A DNA stretch of 64,000 bases from Granulicella sp. (GTDB taxonomy: Bacteria; Acidobacteriota; Terriglobia; Terriglobales; Acidobacteriaceae), in NCBI GenBank assembly GCA_036398595.1, contig DASWOV010000039.1, forward strand, positions 3,166 through 67,165, written 5' to 3'. Below are positions 39,596 through 49,185 of the stretch, piece by piece. The notes under the pieces were generated by a model. That model was not told where the DNA came from. It saw nothing but the letters and a program-made list of their open reading frames with translations, and made no database searches. Position numbers and translations under genes: made by a program. The stretch's first letter is position 1, and each line of letters starts with the position of its first letter.

Positions 39596-41146
39596 CTAGT
39601 GGATCATGCCGATGCCGAAGGAGTACATGTTGTTGTCGTGGTCGGTGAAGAAGGCGTGCGCCTCGCCCACGGCCACGCCCGAGAAGCCGGTGTAGGTGAC
39701 GATCTCATCCTTGCTGGAGTAGAGCGCCGCCCCCGTCTCTGCATCGAGCAGATGCAGCACGCCATGCGTGGAGGCGTTGCCGCCCGCCAGCGCCACGATA
39801 AGGCCGTTAGCGATGCGCGGAGGAGCCGGATTCACCATATCGGGCGAAACCCACGCCATGGTCAGCTTGGGTGCTGTTGCGTCGCCCTCGACCTTGAAGG
39901 CCACGATGCCGCCATGCGCCAGCGAGCCGTTCGGAGCCGCGACAGGGCCGGAGATGGCCGCGTAGACCCACGTCGTGCCAGTCTTGTCCGTCCAGGCGGC
40001 GAAGCTGTCCCACGGATGCTTGCCTGCCTTATAGAGGCTCGGCGAGCTGGCCAGCGCCGTATGGTGGTCCGCGCCGCCGATCGCCGCCGCGTCGAGCAGC
40101 ACGATGGAGCCGTCCTTGCCCGGAGCTACGAGCAGCTCCTTGCCCTTGTAGCGGAAGAGCACCGGCGAGACATGCTCGATACCGAGGCTGCCGCCGGGGG
40201 TGTAGTCCCCCTTCACCGTCATATCCTTGTTAAGAGCGATGACGCTGTCGGCGTAGACCGTGCCGGTGCTGGTGCCGGGACCGGTCACGATATAGGCCGT
40301 GCCGTCCGCGCCCACAGTCGGCCCGGTGAGCGCCAGCGGGCGAATCTTGCCCGTCGCGTAGGTCGAGAGCTTATAGGCAGGCGAGCTCATATCGAACGAG
40401 AAAACGCCGTTGGGCACGCTGGGGCAGTTGTTGCCCGTGGCGGCGTACATCGTGTCGTTCAGCCACATCATGCCGTAGTTGCCGCTGTTGGCCGCGGGCA
40501 GAAAGCGCACCGGCGTAGCGAAGTCCAGGCCGCTGGTGATGATCTGCTGGTGCAGCATGCCGTCGCTGGTCAGCACATAGACGCCGCGCACCGGGCGGCT
40601 CGCTCCCGGAGGCGGTACGAGGCCGATGCGGCGCTCGCCGGGCGGCGTCAGCGGCACCGGAGGCGGCGGAGGATCGGTGGGCTTCCGCGGGGCGGCGTTG
40701 AAGTTGATGACCGGCGGCGGCTCCATCAGCGCGCTCAGCGCCGAGGGCGAGCAGGCACCCGAGCCTGCGGGCTTCACGTCGTACTTCTTCGTCCAGACCA
40801 CCTCGCCCAGCTCGTTATCGACGCCGTAGAGCGCCGTCGGCGTCGCATAGTAGGCAAAGTCCTTGAAGCCGAGCGCGGTGACGAGCCTCTGAATCAAGAT
40901 CGGCTCGGTAAAGGCGTTCGACTCCTTCGCTCCCGCCTCCAGCTTGAGCTTCCAGAGGAATTTGAACTTACCGGCAGTGTCCTTCGAGAGCTGGACCTCG
41001 TTCTTCTGCCAGCCGCTCTGCCCGGCGTCGCCTGCCGGCAGAGGCCAGTCTCCGCTTGGAGCGCGCTGCGCGAGCGCCATGCCCGAACCCCAGAGTGCTC
41101 CGGCGCAGCACAGCGCCATGATCCGATGTGAGAATCGTTTGTTCAC
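39596..41146 (-). CDS. Secreted PQQ-like beta-propeller protein
   Basis: Signal peptide; propeller-type repeats GEVVWT, GKDGSIVLLD and LLDAETGAALYSS. Confidence 0.7.
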   Translation of the reverse strand: MNKRFSHRIMALCCAGALWGSGMALAQRAPSGDWPLPAGDAGQSGWQKNEVQLSKDTAGKFKFLWKLKLEAGAKESNAFTEPILIQRLVTALGFKDFAYYATPTALYGVDNELGEVVWTKKYDVKPAGSGACSPSALSALMEPPPVINFNAAPRKPTDPPPPPVPLTPPGERRIGLVPPPGASRPVRGVYVLTSDGMLHQQIITSGLDFATPVRFLPAANSGNYGMMWLNDTMYAATGNNCPSVPNGVFSFDMSSPAYKLSTYATGKIRPLALTGPTVGADGTAYIVTGPGTSTGTVYADSVIALNKDMTVKGDYTPGGSLGIEHVSPVLFRYKGKELLVAPGKDGSIVLLDAAAIGGADHHTALASSPSLYKAGKHPWDSFAAWTDKTGTTWVYAAISGPVAAPNGSLAHGGIVAFKVEGDATAPKLTMAWVSPDMVNPAPPRIANGLIVALAGGNASTHGVLHLLDAETGAALYSSKDEIVTYTGFSGVAVGEAHAFFTDHDNNMYSFGIGMIH

Positions 41147-41243
41147 GTGACGTCCCCTCAATTTCTTTCCTGCAACGAGCTGGTTACGGTGCGGAGCGGG
41201 TTCGTCTTCCTCAAAACCCGCTCCCGAGTTCGCGGCTGCGTCC

Positions 41244-42833
41244 TTATTTAAGGCCGTAGCAGTAGATCGTTCCGTCGAAGGTGCCGAAGTAGACCTTGTC
41301 CCCCGCGACTGAAGGCCCGGCCTGGTGCAGGAACGACGGAATATCAGCGTCGGGGCTGGCGTACAGCTCCTTGCCGGTCAGCGCGTCGAGCGCGTAGAGC
41401 TTGGCCTTGCCCGAGTTCTTGATGCGCTGCTCGGCGCTGAAGAGGCCGCCCTCGACGTCGTTGGACTGGAGCGTGTATTCGCCGCCTGCGAGCACAATGG
41501 CCACGCCGTTGACGATCACCGGCGGCTCGGCCGTCAGCATATCGTGCGAGAGCCATGCGGGCTCGACCTCAGGATGGCCACCCTTATCGACGACCTTCAG
41601 CGCGACGATGCCGCCGTTCGGCGTCTCGCCGTAGGTGACGGGGAACTTTACCCCGACCTTGCCGCCGATCGGAGCCAGCAGCCAGCGCGTGCCGCTCTTG
41701 TCCAGCCACGTGGCCATGCTGCCCCACGTGCCCTCGGTCTGGAAGTTCATGTTGGTGTTCGAGATCAGCGGCGAACGATAGAGCGGCGTCTGGTGGTCGG
41801 TGCCGCCCATGTTCTTCGTATCGACGATGAAGAAGCGGCCCTCTTTGCCCGAGCCGATGTAGATCTCGCGGCCCTTCCACGGGAAGACGACGCCGGTCGC
41901 GTTCATGTCGAGGTCGCGGCGAGTGAGCCAGTCGTAGTTCGGAGGCGTGTAGTAGTCCTTCAGCTTCAGCGTTCCGTCGGCGTAGGTGAAGGCCTCGATG
42001 CTGGTGGAGAGCTTGCCCGCAGCAGCATCATAGGGACCGTCGCCCGACTCGAAGAAGATGGTGCCGTCGTGGTCGATGGTCGGACCGGCGACGCCCCACA
42101 GACCGGCTTGCGGCGGCTGCGACTGCGTGACCTTGCGGGTCTTCAGGTCGAAGGCATAGAGCGCGTTGGGTACACCGCCGCAGCCCTGCCCGGTGATGGT
42201 ATAGATGACCCCGTTGACGAGGTTCAGGCCATAGGGCTTTCCGTAGGGCTGCGAAAGGATCTGCACTGGGGCGTCCTTCTCGGCACCGTCCGTCAGCTCG
42301 AGCGTATGGATATAGCCGTCGCTCGAGAGCACGTAGACCTTGCGCCCGGGCGCGTCGGAGATGACCGGCGTGGCGCTCTGCGCGTTGGTGCAGATGAAGC
42401 CGCGGCCCTCGCCCGGCTGCTGCGGCGTCGCCGACGCCCACGGTAGCTTCGCCTGCCAGACCACCTTGCCGTCGGCCGAGTCGAGCGCGAAGACCTCGTT
42501 CGACGCGCCGACCACGACAGTCAGGTCCTTCGTCCCTGCGGGCGTCGCCACACCGACCACCTCGAGCGGCTCGCGGAAGGACTGCATGCCCATCGTCTTA
42601 ATGGTCAGCTTCGTCTTCCAGAGGAGGTGAAGGTTCTTGGCCGTCGCGGGGGTGATCTTCGACGGTCCCTGGTACCAGGCGTCGCGGAACTGGTCCACGC
42701 TGCTGGTCGTCCACTCGGCCTTGGCCTGCTGCCCAAACAGGGCATGGGGCGCAAGCGAGGCGCCACCAAGGCAGGCCATCGTCAGCAGACCCTTCAGTCC
42801 GCGCATCATCTTCGGAGCTTTCTTCTGAGACAT
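41244..42833 (-). CDS. Secreted PQQ-like beta-propeller protein (paralogue)
   Basis: Signal peptide; VFALDSADGKVVWQ, GKEGRFFIVD, LYALDALTGKELY and GTFDGTIYCYG. Confidence 0.75.
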   Translation of the reverse strand: MSQKKAPKMMRGLKGLLTMACLGGASLAPHALFGQQAKAEWTTSSVDQFRDAWYQGPSKITPATAKNLHLLWKTKLTIKTMGMQSFREPLEVVGVATPAGTKDLTVVVGASNEVFALDSADGKVVWQAKLPWASATPQQPGEGRGFICTNAQSATPVISDAPGRKVYVLSSDGYIHTLELTDGAEKDAPVQILSQPYGKPYGLNLVNGVIYTITGQGCGGVPNALYAFDLKTRKVTQSQPPQAGLWGVAGPTIDHDGTIFFESGDGPYDAAAGKLSTSIEAFTYADGTLKLKDYYTPPNYDWLTRRDLDMNATGVVFPWKGREIYIGSGKEGRFFIVDTKNMGGTDHQTPLYRSPLISNTNMNFQTEGTWGSMATWLDKSGTRWLLAPIGGKVGVKFPVTYGETPNGGIVALKVVDKGGHPEVEPAWLSHDMLTAEPPVIVNGVAIVLAGGEYTLQSNDVEGGLFSAEQRIKNSGKAKLYALDALTGKELYASPDADIPSFLHQAGPSVAGDKVYFGTFDGTIYCYGLK

Positions 42834-43276
42834 TCGGTTGACACCCTCACAGGTACGGTAGGGCGGCCGTCGCTGGCCGCAAACTGAACTTGGCACCGGC
42901 AGGCAGGACCGCGCCTGTCCACCGGGAAGATAGAACCTTGCCGGAAAAAGCGGCAGAGTAAGAGACGAGAGGCAGGGAGAACCCGATCAGGGGGAAAGCT
43001 TGCTCTGAGACGTCTCATCCGAGGATGAATGGTACGTACCGCGATTTTCGACTGTCAAGAGCAATCTAACTTTTTCTGTAAACACGCAGAGGCAAACAGG
43101 AATACACAAAATTGGACGTGGACGGGGCTGACTTTGCCGCAGTCGCGGACAGTTACCTCGGTTGTGGCGCCCGCCGATCAGCCGCTGCGGCAAAGTGGTT
43201 GACATCCATCACCCGCATCCCATAGGGTTCCCTTGCTGAGACGTCTCACCCCTGCTTTCTTTTCCTAAGGAGTTCC

Positions 43277-44155
43277 ATGCGTTCCATCCTTCGCAGCACG
43301 TCCGTCCTTCTGGCCGCCGCGGCCTTTCTCGCCGTCGTCCCGGCCCCGCTCGTTGCGCAACAGGCGACACCGAAGCCCTTCAACGGCACCTTCAACCGCG
43401 CACAGCCCGACCCGCTCAACTTCGACGACCACACCGGCTGGACGCAGATCTTCAACGGCAAGGACCTGAGCGAGTGGGACGGCCCCTCCGACGTCTGGTC
43501 GTATGAAGACGGAGCCATCGTCGGCAAGTCCAGCGACGAGCAGCCCTCCGGCACGACCAACATCCTTTGGAAGGGCGGCACCCCGGCCAACTTCGAGCTG
43601 CGCATGGAGATCAAGCTCGACGGGCTTGGTGCGAACGGCGGTGTGCAGTATCGCAGCAGCCGCACACCCATCACGAAGCGCACGCTGACGCCCGAGCAGC
43701 AGGCCAGCATGACTCCCGAGCAGAAGGCGCGTTTTGCGAAGAATCAGGAGATGCTCGAGAAGCACGCGCAGTGGAACCTAAAGGGCTATCAGTACGACAT
43801 CGACGGCAACAACCGCTATAGCGGCCAGCTTTACGAGCAGAACACCGGCCGCGGCATCATCGCCTACCGCGGACAGGTGGTAAAGACCGAAGCGGGCAGG
43901 AAGCCCACGCTGCTCGGCACGCTGGGCACGACCGAAGAGCTGGGCAAGTTCTACAAGCCCGGCGAGTGGAACCAGATAGAGATCATCGCCGACGGCAACA
44001 CGGTCACGCATATCCTGAACGGCCACGTCATGTCGATCTTCGTCGATACCGACCCGGCGTATCTGGCGACGAAGGGCGTCATCGCACTCGAGATTGAAGG
44101 CAGCGGCACGCTGAAGATCTCACACCGCAATATTTATCTGAAACCGCTGCCGTAG
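43277..44155 (+). CDS. DUF1080 / 3-keto-disaccharide hydrolase family protein
   Basis: Signal peptide; GWTQIFNGKDLSEW, NGGVQYRS, GEWNQIEI and GVIALE motifs. Confidence 0.88.
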   Translation: MRSILRSTSVLLAAAAFLAVVPAPLVAQQATPKPFNGTFNRAQPDPLNFDDHTGWTQIFNGKDLSEWDGPSDVWSYEDGAIVGKSSDEQPSGTTNILWKGGTPANFELRMEIKLDGLGANGGVQYRSSRTPITKRTLTPEQQASMTPEQKARFAKNQEMLEKHAQWNLKGYQYDIDGNNRYSGQLYEQNTGRGIIAYRGQVVKTEAGRKPTLLGTLGTTEELGKFYKPGEWNQIEIIADGNTVTHILNGHVMSIFVDTDPAYLATKGVIALEIEGSGTLKISHRNIYLKPLP

Positions 44156-44166
44156 TCTCTCTGGAA

Positions 44167-44210
44167 ACACATAGAAAGGGCAGGCCAATCGGCCTGCCCT
44201 TTCTATGTGT
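44167..44210. terminator. Hairpin between convergent genes (bidirectional terminator)
   Basis: Perfect 20-bp stem ACACATAGAAAGGGCAGGCC/GGCCTGCCCTTTCTATGTGT. Confidence 0.8.
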
Positions 44211-44224
44211 AACTGTAATCGGAA

Positions 44225-45844
44225 CTAACCAATATCCTCAGACCAGTTCTCAAGATACGATTTGAAGTCGCTCATGAACTTGCCCGCATCCGCGCCGTCG
44301 ACGATACGGTGATCGAAGCCGAGCGTGAAGCGCTGGATGGAACGAATGCCGATGAACTCGTTGCCTTCCTTGTCCGTGATGACCTCCGGCTCCTTGTTCA
44401 GGCCGCCGATGCCGAGGATCGCCGCCTGCGGCTGGTTGATGATCGGCGTGCCGAACTGCTCGCCGAAGATGCCCGAGTTGGTCAGCGTGAAGGTGCCGCC
44501 GAAGTTCTCCTCCGGCTTCAGCTTCTTGCCGCGCGCACGCTCGGCCACATCCACAATGGCGCGGGTGATGCCGAGGAAGTTGCGCTCCTCGCACTGCTTG
44601 ATGACCGGAACGATCAGGCCCCAGTCCAGCGCCACGGCGATGCCGATGTTGATGTTCTTGTTGTACTGGATCGCGTCGCCCGAGACGGCGGCGTTGACGA
44701 CCGGGTGCTTCGAGAGCGCATAGACCGCCGCGCGCGTGATGAAGGGCATGTACGTCAGCTTGACGCCGTTGCGCTGCTCGTACTTGTTCTTCTCCTTCTC
44801 ACGCAGCTTGACGATGCGGGTCATATCGACCTTGAAGACCGTGTGGACGTGCGGGCTGGTGCGCTTGGACTCGACCATGCGCTGCGCGATGATGCTGCGC
44901 ATCTTGGTCATGGGAACAAGCTCGCCCGACAGCGGAACCGAGGCCGGAGCAACCGGGGCGGCCGCAGGCTTGGCGGCAGCCGGAGCCGCAGCGACAGGAG
45001 CGGCAGCCGGGGCAGGCTTCGCACCACCCTCGAGGTGGCCCAGAATGTCGGACTTGGTGATGCGGCCCGCCGAGCCGGTACCGGCGACCTGCGACAGATC
45101 GACCTCGTTCTCCTTGGCGATCTTGCGCACCAGCGGAGAGCTCTTGGGGTGCTCACCAACGGTCGCCGACGCAGCCGCCGCGGGTGTGGCAGCAGCCGGG
45201 GCCGCAGCAGGCGCAGCCGCCGCGGGGGCCGAAGCGGCCTTGGCAGCGCCGCTGCCGCCGATCACCGCAACCACGGTATTGATCTGGACCGTCGAGCCCT
45301 CGGGAACCTTGATCGCGGTCAGCACGCCGGCGGCGGGCGACGGAATCTCGGCGTCAACCTTATCCGTCGAAATCTCAAACAGCGGCTCATCGCGCTGCAC
45401 GGTGTCGCCGACCTTCTTGAGCCACTTGGTCAGCGTGCCCTCGGTGATGGACTCGCCCATCTGCGGCATCACGACATCGGTGCCCGACGAGACAGCGCCC
45501 TCGGACTCGGCCATCAGCGTCGACGGAGCATCCACAATGGCAGGCGTCGTGGTATCGGCGGTAGGAGCCGCGGCAGTCTCGGTCTTCGCCGGAGCGGCGG
45601 CAGCGCCCTCCTCGGCGATGGTGGCGACGACGGTGTTGATCTGTACGGTCGTGCCTTCGGCGATCTTGATCTCCTGCAACACACCGGCGGCGGGCGACGG
45701 GATCTCGGCGTCGACCTTGTCCGTCGAAATCTCGAACAGGGGTTCATCGCGCTGGACGGTATCGCCCGGCTTCTTCAGCCACTTGGTGAGAGTGCCTTCG
45801 GTGATGGACTCGCCCATCTGGGGCATGACTACTTCGGTCGGCAT
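44225..45844 (-). CDS. sucB: 2-oxoacid dehydrogenase E2, dihydrolipoamide acyltransferase with two lipoyl domains
   Basis: Two EISTDKVDAEIPSP lipoyl domains, GTGSAGRITKSD E3-binding domain and catalytic DHRIVDG; substrate specificity not certain. Confidence 0.88.
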   Translation of the reverse strand: MPTEVVMPQMGESITEGTLTKWLKKPGDTVQRDEPLFEISTDKVDAEIPSPAAGVLQEIKIAEGTTVQINTVVATIAEEGAAAAPAKTETAAAPTADTTTPAIVDAPSTLMAESEGAVSSGTDVVMPQMGESITEGTLTKWLKKVGDTVQRDEPLFEISTDKVDAEIPSPAAGVLTAIKVPEGSTVQINTVVAVIGGSGAAKAASAPAAAAPAAAPAAATPAAAASATVGEHPKSSPLVRKIAKENEVDLSQVAGTGSAGRITKSDILGHLEGGAKPAPAAAPVAAAPAAAKPAAAPVAPASVPLSGELVPMTKMRSIIAQRMVESKRTSPHVHTVFKVDMTRIVKLREKEKNKYEQRNGVKLTYMPFITRAAVYALSKHPVVNAAVSGDAIQYNKNINIGIAVALDWGLIVPVIKQCEERNFLGITRAIVDVAERARGKKLKPEENFGGTFTLTNSGIFGEQFGTPIINQPQAAILGIGGLNKEPEVITDKEGNEFIGIRSIQRFTLGFDHRIVDGADAGKFMSDFKSYLENWSEDIG

Positions 45845-45925
45845 AAAGGTTCCTTCCAGGCTTTGTGATTGGCTCGATGTGGCGTCGCAGCTTATACCGC
45901 GCGCAACTGTGGATTATAAAGCGGT

Positions 45926-46660
45926 CTAGGTAGCATACGCAGCCTGCGGCAGCAGCTCCTCCATTGAAGAGACAGCCAGCACCTGCCGCTCAAACACATG
46001 CCCAAAGCTCCGGGCCGCTGAATTTGCCGCATTTTCCAAGGTTACAGGGGTATTCCCGTCGGCCTCCAGCTCGAGGCTGGTGACCTCGCGGTCGCTGATG
46101 CCGCAGGGAATAATCCATCGATAATCGCGCAGGTCGGTCGTCACGTTCAGCGCGAACCCGTGCGAGGTGACTCCCTGCGAGACGTGCACGCCGATAGCGG
46201 CGATCTTCTTCTCAAGCACGCTGCCGCCCGCCATCGTCCAGACGCCGGTGCGTCCGGCGATGCGCTGCGTGGGGATGCCGAAGTCCTTCGAGGTGCGGAT
46301 GAGCGCCTCTTCGATCATGCGGATAAAATCGACCGGACCAAGATGCGGACCGCGCTTACCGGGCAGATCGCCGCGCAGATCGAAGATCGGATAGCCAACC
46401 AACTGCCCTGGCCCATGATAGGTCACATCGCCGCCGCGATTGATCTCGTGCAACTCAATGCCCTTCTTCGCCAGCAGCTCATCGGAGGCGACGATGTTCT
46501 CGCGGTGCGCGTTGCGGCCCAGCGTCAGTACCGGCGGATGCTCCATCAACAGCAGCGTATCGCCCACTTGCCCGGTCTTGCGCGCGGCCACCACCTGCGC
46601 CTGCACAGCGAGGCCCTCCGCGTAGGGAATGCGTCCGAGATGAAGAAGATGGAGGAGCAT
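45926..46660 (-). CDS. lipB: Lipoyl(octanoyl) transferase
   Basis: EHPPVLTLG, RGGDVTYHGPGQ, KIAAIG, HGFALN and IPCG motifs. Confidence 0.97.
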   Translation of the reverse strand: MLLHLLHLGRIPYAEGLAVQAQVVAARKTGQVGDTLLLMEHPPVLTLGRNAHRENIVASDELLAKKGIELHEINRGGDVTYHGPGQLVGYPIFDLRGDLPGKRGPHLGPVDFIRMIEEALIRTSKDFGIPTQRIAGRTGVWTMAGGSVLEKKIAAIGVHVSQGVTSHGFALNVTTDLRDYRWIIPCGISDREVTSLELEADGNTPVTLENAANSAARSFGHVFERQVLAVSSMEELLPQAAYAT

Positions 46661-46679
46661 ACACCTTATTGAATCTTTC

Positions 46680-47189
46680 CTATTCAGCAGCGTCAACGGA
46701 CTCAACAACACTGAGAATTTCCTTGGACCACGTTTGTTGCTCCAGATGCTTTAGTCCTTGGCGATCAAAGAACTTAGCGTAGTCTCGACGAGGAAAAGCT
46801 TTTCCATTTACAAACTTCGCTGGCTCACATCGAAATCCACGCTGATGCTCACGCACCCTTGTCAAAGGCATGAATGCAACATGCTCTAAGATCGGAATCT
46901 CTCCGCTAGCAAAATAAGGAATTGCAAGAACCATCTCTGGATCAGTTTGGCTTAATTCACCAACATAGCCATAAGACACTTTGTTTTTCTTATCGGCGTT
47001 TGGATATTTGCCTTTTACTTGCACAGGTCGAATGACAAAGGAGTCAGCCACTTTTTTGACCGCTATAAAGTCGAAGCCTTGATCTCGATGCGGAAAGTAA
47101 ACGCTCCATTTAGCTTCCGCAAACAGCCCGGCCACATGTAGCTCGGCTAATTGATCGAATTTTTTGGGTGCAGTATTTTCCAGAGACAT
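46680..47189 (-). CDS. Hypothetical protein, possible PD-(D/E)XK nuclease fold
   Basis: AE..DQGFDF..VQVKG motif; AT-rich relative to lipB and lpdA. Confidence 0.55.
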   Translation of the reverse strand: MSLENTAPKKFDQLAELHVAGLFAEAKWSVYFPHRDQGFDFIAVKKVADSFVIRPVQVKGKYPNADKKNKVSYGYVGELSQTDPEMVLAIPYFASGEIPILEHVAFMPLTRVREHQRGFRCEPAKFVNGKAFPRRDYAKFFDRQGLKHLEQQTWSKEILSVVESVDAAE

Positions 47190-47238
47190 CTTGTTCCCAA
47201 AAAGCAGAAGCCCGGTCCGAAGACCGGGCTCCCTAAAG

Positions 47239-48660
47239 TTAGACGTTGACCGCCAGCCCCTCGACGCTCGAGAAGCCGTCGAGCAGCGCCTCGGCTACCG
47301 TCGGGTGCGCGTGGACCGTAAACATCATCTCCTCGACGGTCGCCTCCAACTGGATCGCCGTAACCGCCTCGGAGATGATCTCCGTCGCATACGGCCCGAT
47401 GATGTGTACGCCGAGAATCTCGCCGTACTTCGCATCCGAAACCACCTTCACGAAGCCGTCATGCGCGTCGAGGATCGTCGCCTTCGAGTTGCCGACGAAC
47501 GGGAACTTGCCCACCTTCACCTGGTAGCCCTTCTCCTTGGCCTGCGCCTCGGTAAAGCCCACGCTGGCGATCTGCGGATCGGTGTAGGTGCAGCCCGGAA
47601 TGTGCGTCCGAACCACCGGCTTGGCGAACTTGCCCGCCAGCTTGGCCGCAACCACGAGGCCGCACATGCTGCCCACGTGCGCCAACTGCGGCAGGCCGCC
47701 AACGATGTCACCGACGGCATACACGCCCGGCTCGGTCGTCTCCATCCACTCGTTCGTCATGATGAAGCCGCGATCCGGCGTGATGTTCACCTTGTCCAGC
47801 CCGCAGTCGTACGTGCGCGGCGCACGGCCCACGGCGACGAGCACCTTCTCCGCCTGCTTAGTCTGCGACTTGCCGTCGGAGGTGGTGAAGGACACCAGAG
47901 CACCGTCCTTATTCTTCTCGATCTTCTCTACCTTGGCCGAGGTGTACACATCGATCTTGCGCTTCTTGTACTGGCGCAGCAGCTCCTTCGAGATCTCTTC
48001 GTCCTCGACGTTCACGATGCGCGGCAGCGCCTCGATGATCGTGACCTCGGTGCCGAAGCTGTTGAAGACGGAGGCAAACTCCACGCCCACCGCGCCCGAG
48101 CCGACCACCACGAGCGACTTCGGAATGGCCGGAGTCTTCAGGATCTCGACGTTGGTCATGATCGTCTCGTCGGCGGTGTAGCCAGGCAGCATGCGCGCAT
48201 CCGAGCCGGTCGCCAGCACGACCTTCTTCGCCTGCACCGTGCTCTTCTTGCCGTCCGGAGCCGTCACGTCGACGGTGTGGATACCATTCTTGGCCGGTCC
48301 GGTCAGGCGGCCATAGCCCTTGAGGGCGGTAATCTTGTTCTTCTTCATCAGGAAGTCGAGGCCCTTGGTGTGGCGGGTGATGACGTCGTCCTTACGCGCC
48401 AGCACGCCCTGCCAGTTGACCTTGCGGCCCTCCACGCCCTCGATGCCGTAGCGGTCGGCATGCTTCAGGTGGTCCCACAGCTCGGCGGAGAAGAGCATCG
48501 CCTTGGTCGGGATGCAGCCCACCAGCAGGCAGGTGCCGCCCAACCGGTCGTTGGCGTCAATCAGAGCCGTCTTCAGTCCAAACTGTGCTGCGCGAATCGC
48601 GCACGTATACCCGGCCGGCCCGCCGCCGACCACTACCACGTCAAAGATCGTCTCTGCCAA
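47239..48660 (-). CDS. lpdA: Dihydrolipoamide dehydrogenase
   Basis: GGGPAGY, GGTCLLVGCIPTK, GSGAVGVEFA and HAHPTVAE motifs; TTG start at 48660. Confidence 0.97.
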   Translation of the reverse strand: MAETIFDVVVVGGGPAGYTCAIRAAQFGLKTALIDANDRLGGTCLLVGCIPTKAMLFSAELWDHLKHADRYGIEGVEGRKVNWQGVLARKDDVITRHTKGLDFLMKKNKITALKGYGRLTGPAKNGIHTVDVTAPDGKKSTVQAKKVVLATGSDARMLPGYTADETIMTNVEILKTPAIPKSLVVVGSGAVGVEFASVFNSFGTEVTIIEALPRIVNVEDEEISKELLRQYKKRKIDVYTSAKVEKIEKNKDGALVSFTTSDGKSQTKQAEKVLVAVGRAPRTYDCGLDKVNITPDRGFIMTNEWMETTEPGVYAVGDIVGGLPQLAHVGSMCGLVVAAKLAGKFAKPVVRTHIPGCTYTDPQIASVGFTEAQAKEKGYQVKVGKFPFVGNSKATILDAHDGFVKVVSDAKYGEILGVHIIGPYATEIISEAVTAIQLEATVEEMMFTVHAHPTVAEALLDGFSSVEGLAVNV

Positions 48661-48852
48661 GGGAAATCTCCGTTCCGGTGAAACAAGGTGTTCTGCAATT
48701 AACAGTTTGCACCATCGTATTCGATTTGCCGAAGCCGACGCACGATTCAAACCCCTCCATGAGCCCGCTCGGCCCTCGACCGGAACGGACGGGTCATCCT
48801 TCCATCGCAGCCCGGTGGTAGGGTGTTGGTGATCCATCCAAAGGAGATCGCC

Positions 48853-49155
48853 ATGTACGACATGAAAAACCTCGCCCGGCTGAAGCACCTCGACACCGAC
48901 GCGCCCGAGGCGATGAAGGCCTTCCGCGCCTTCGATGAGGCCGCCATGGCCGAGGGAGCCATCCCGGTGAAGTATAAGGAGCTGATGGCCGTCGCGGTCG
49001 CGCTGACCACCCAGTGTCCCTACTGCCTGGAGATCCACTCCGGCAAGGCCCGCGCCGCCGGAGCCACCGAGCAGGAGCTGGGCGAGACGGTCATGGTCGC
49101 CGCCGCCCTCCGTGCCGGAGCTGCTATAACTCACGGCACGCACGTCATTAAATAA
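48853..49155 (+). CDS. Carboxymuconolactone decarboxylase / AhpD family protein
   Basis: KYKELMAVAVALTTQCPYCLEIH motif; SD AAGGAG. Confidence 0.9.
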   Translation: MYDMKNLARLKHLDTDAPEAMKAFRAFDEAAMAEGAIPVKYKELMAVAVALTTQCPYCLEIHSGKARAAGATEQELGETVMVAAALRAGAAITHGTHVIK

Positions 49156-49185
49156 TCCCGGGCCTCCATACGACAGAATGAACCT

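Noticed and set aside
45300-45844. Long direct repeat within sucB
   Set aside because: It is the ordinary tandem lipoyl-domain duplication of E2 subunits.
48661-49143. N-terminal extension of LpdA
   Set aside because: It overlaps the opposite-strand AhpD-like gene; the FAD-binding motif starts right after TTG 48660.
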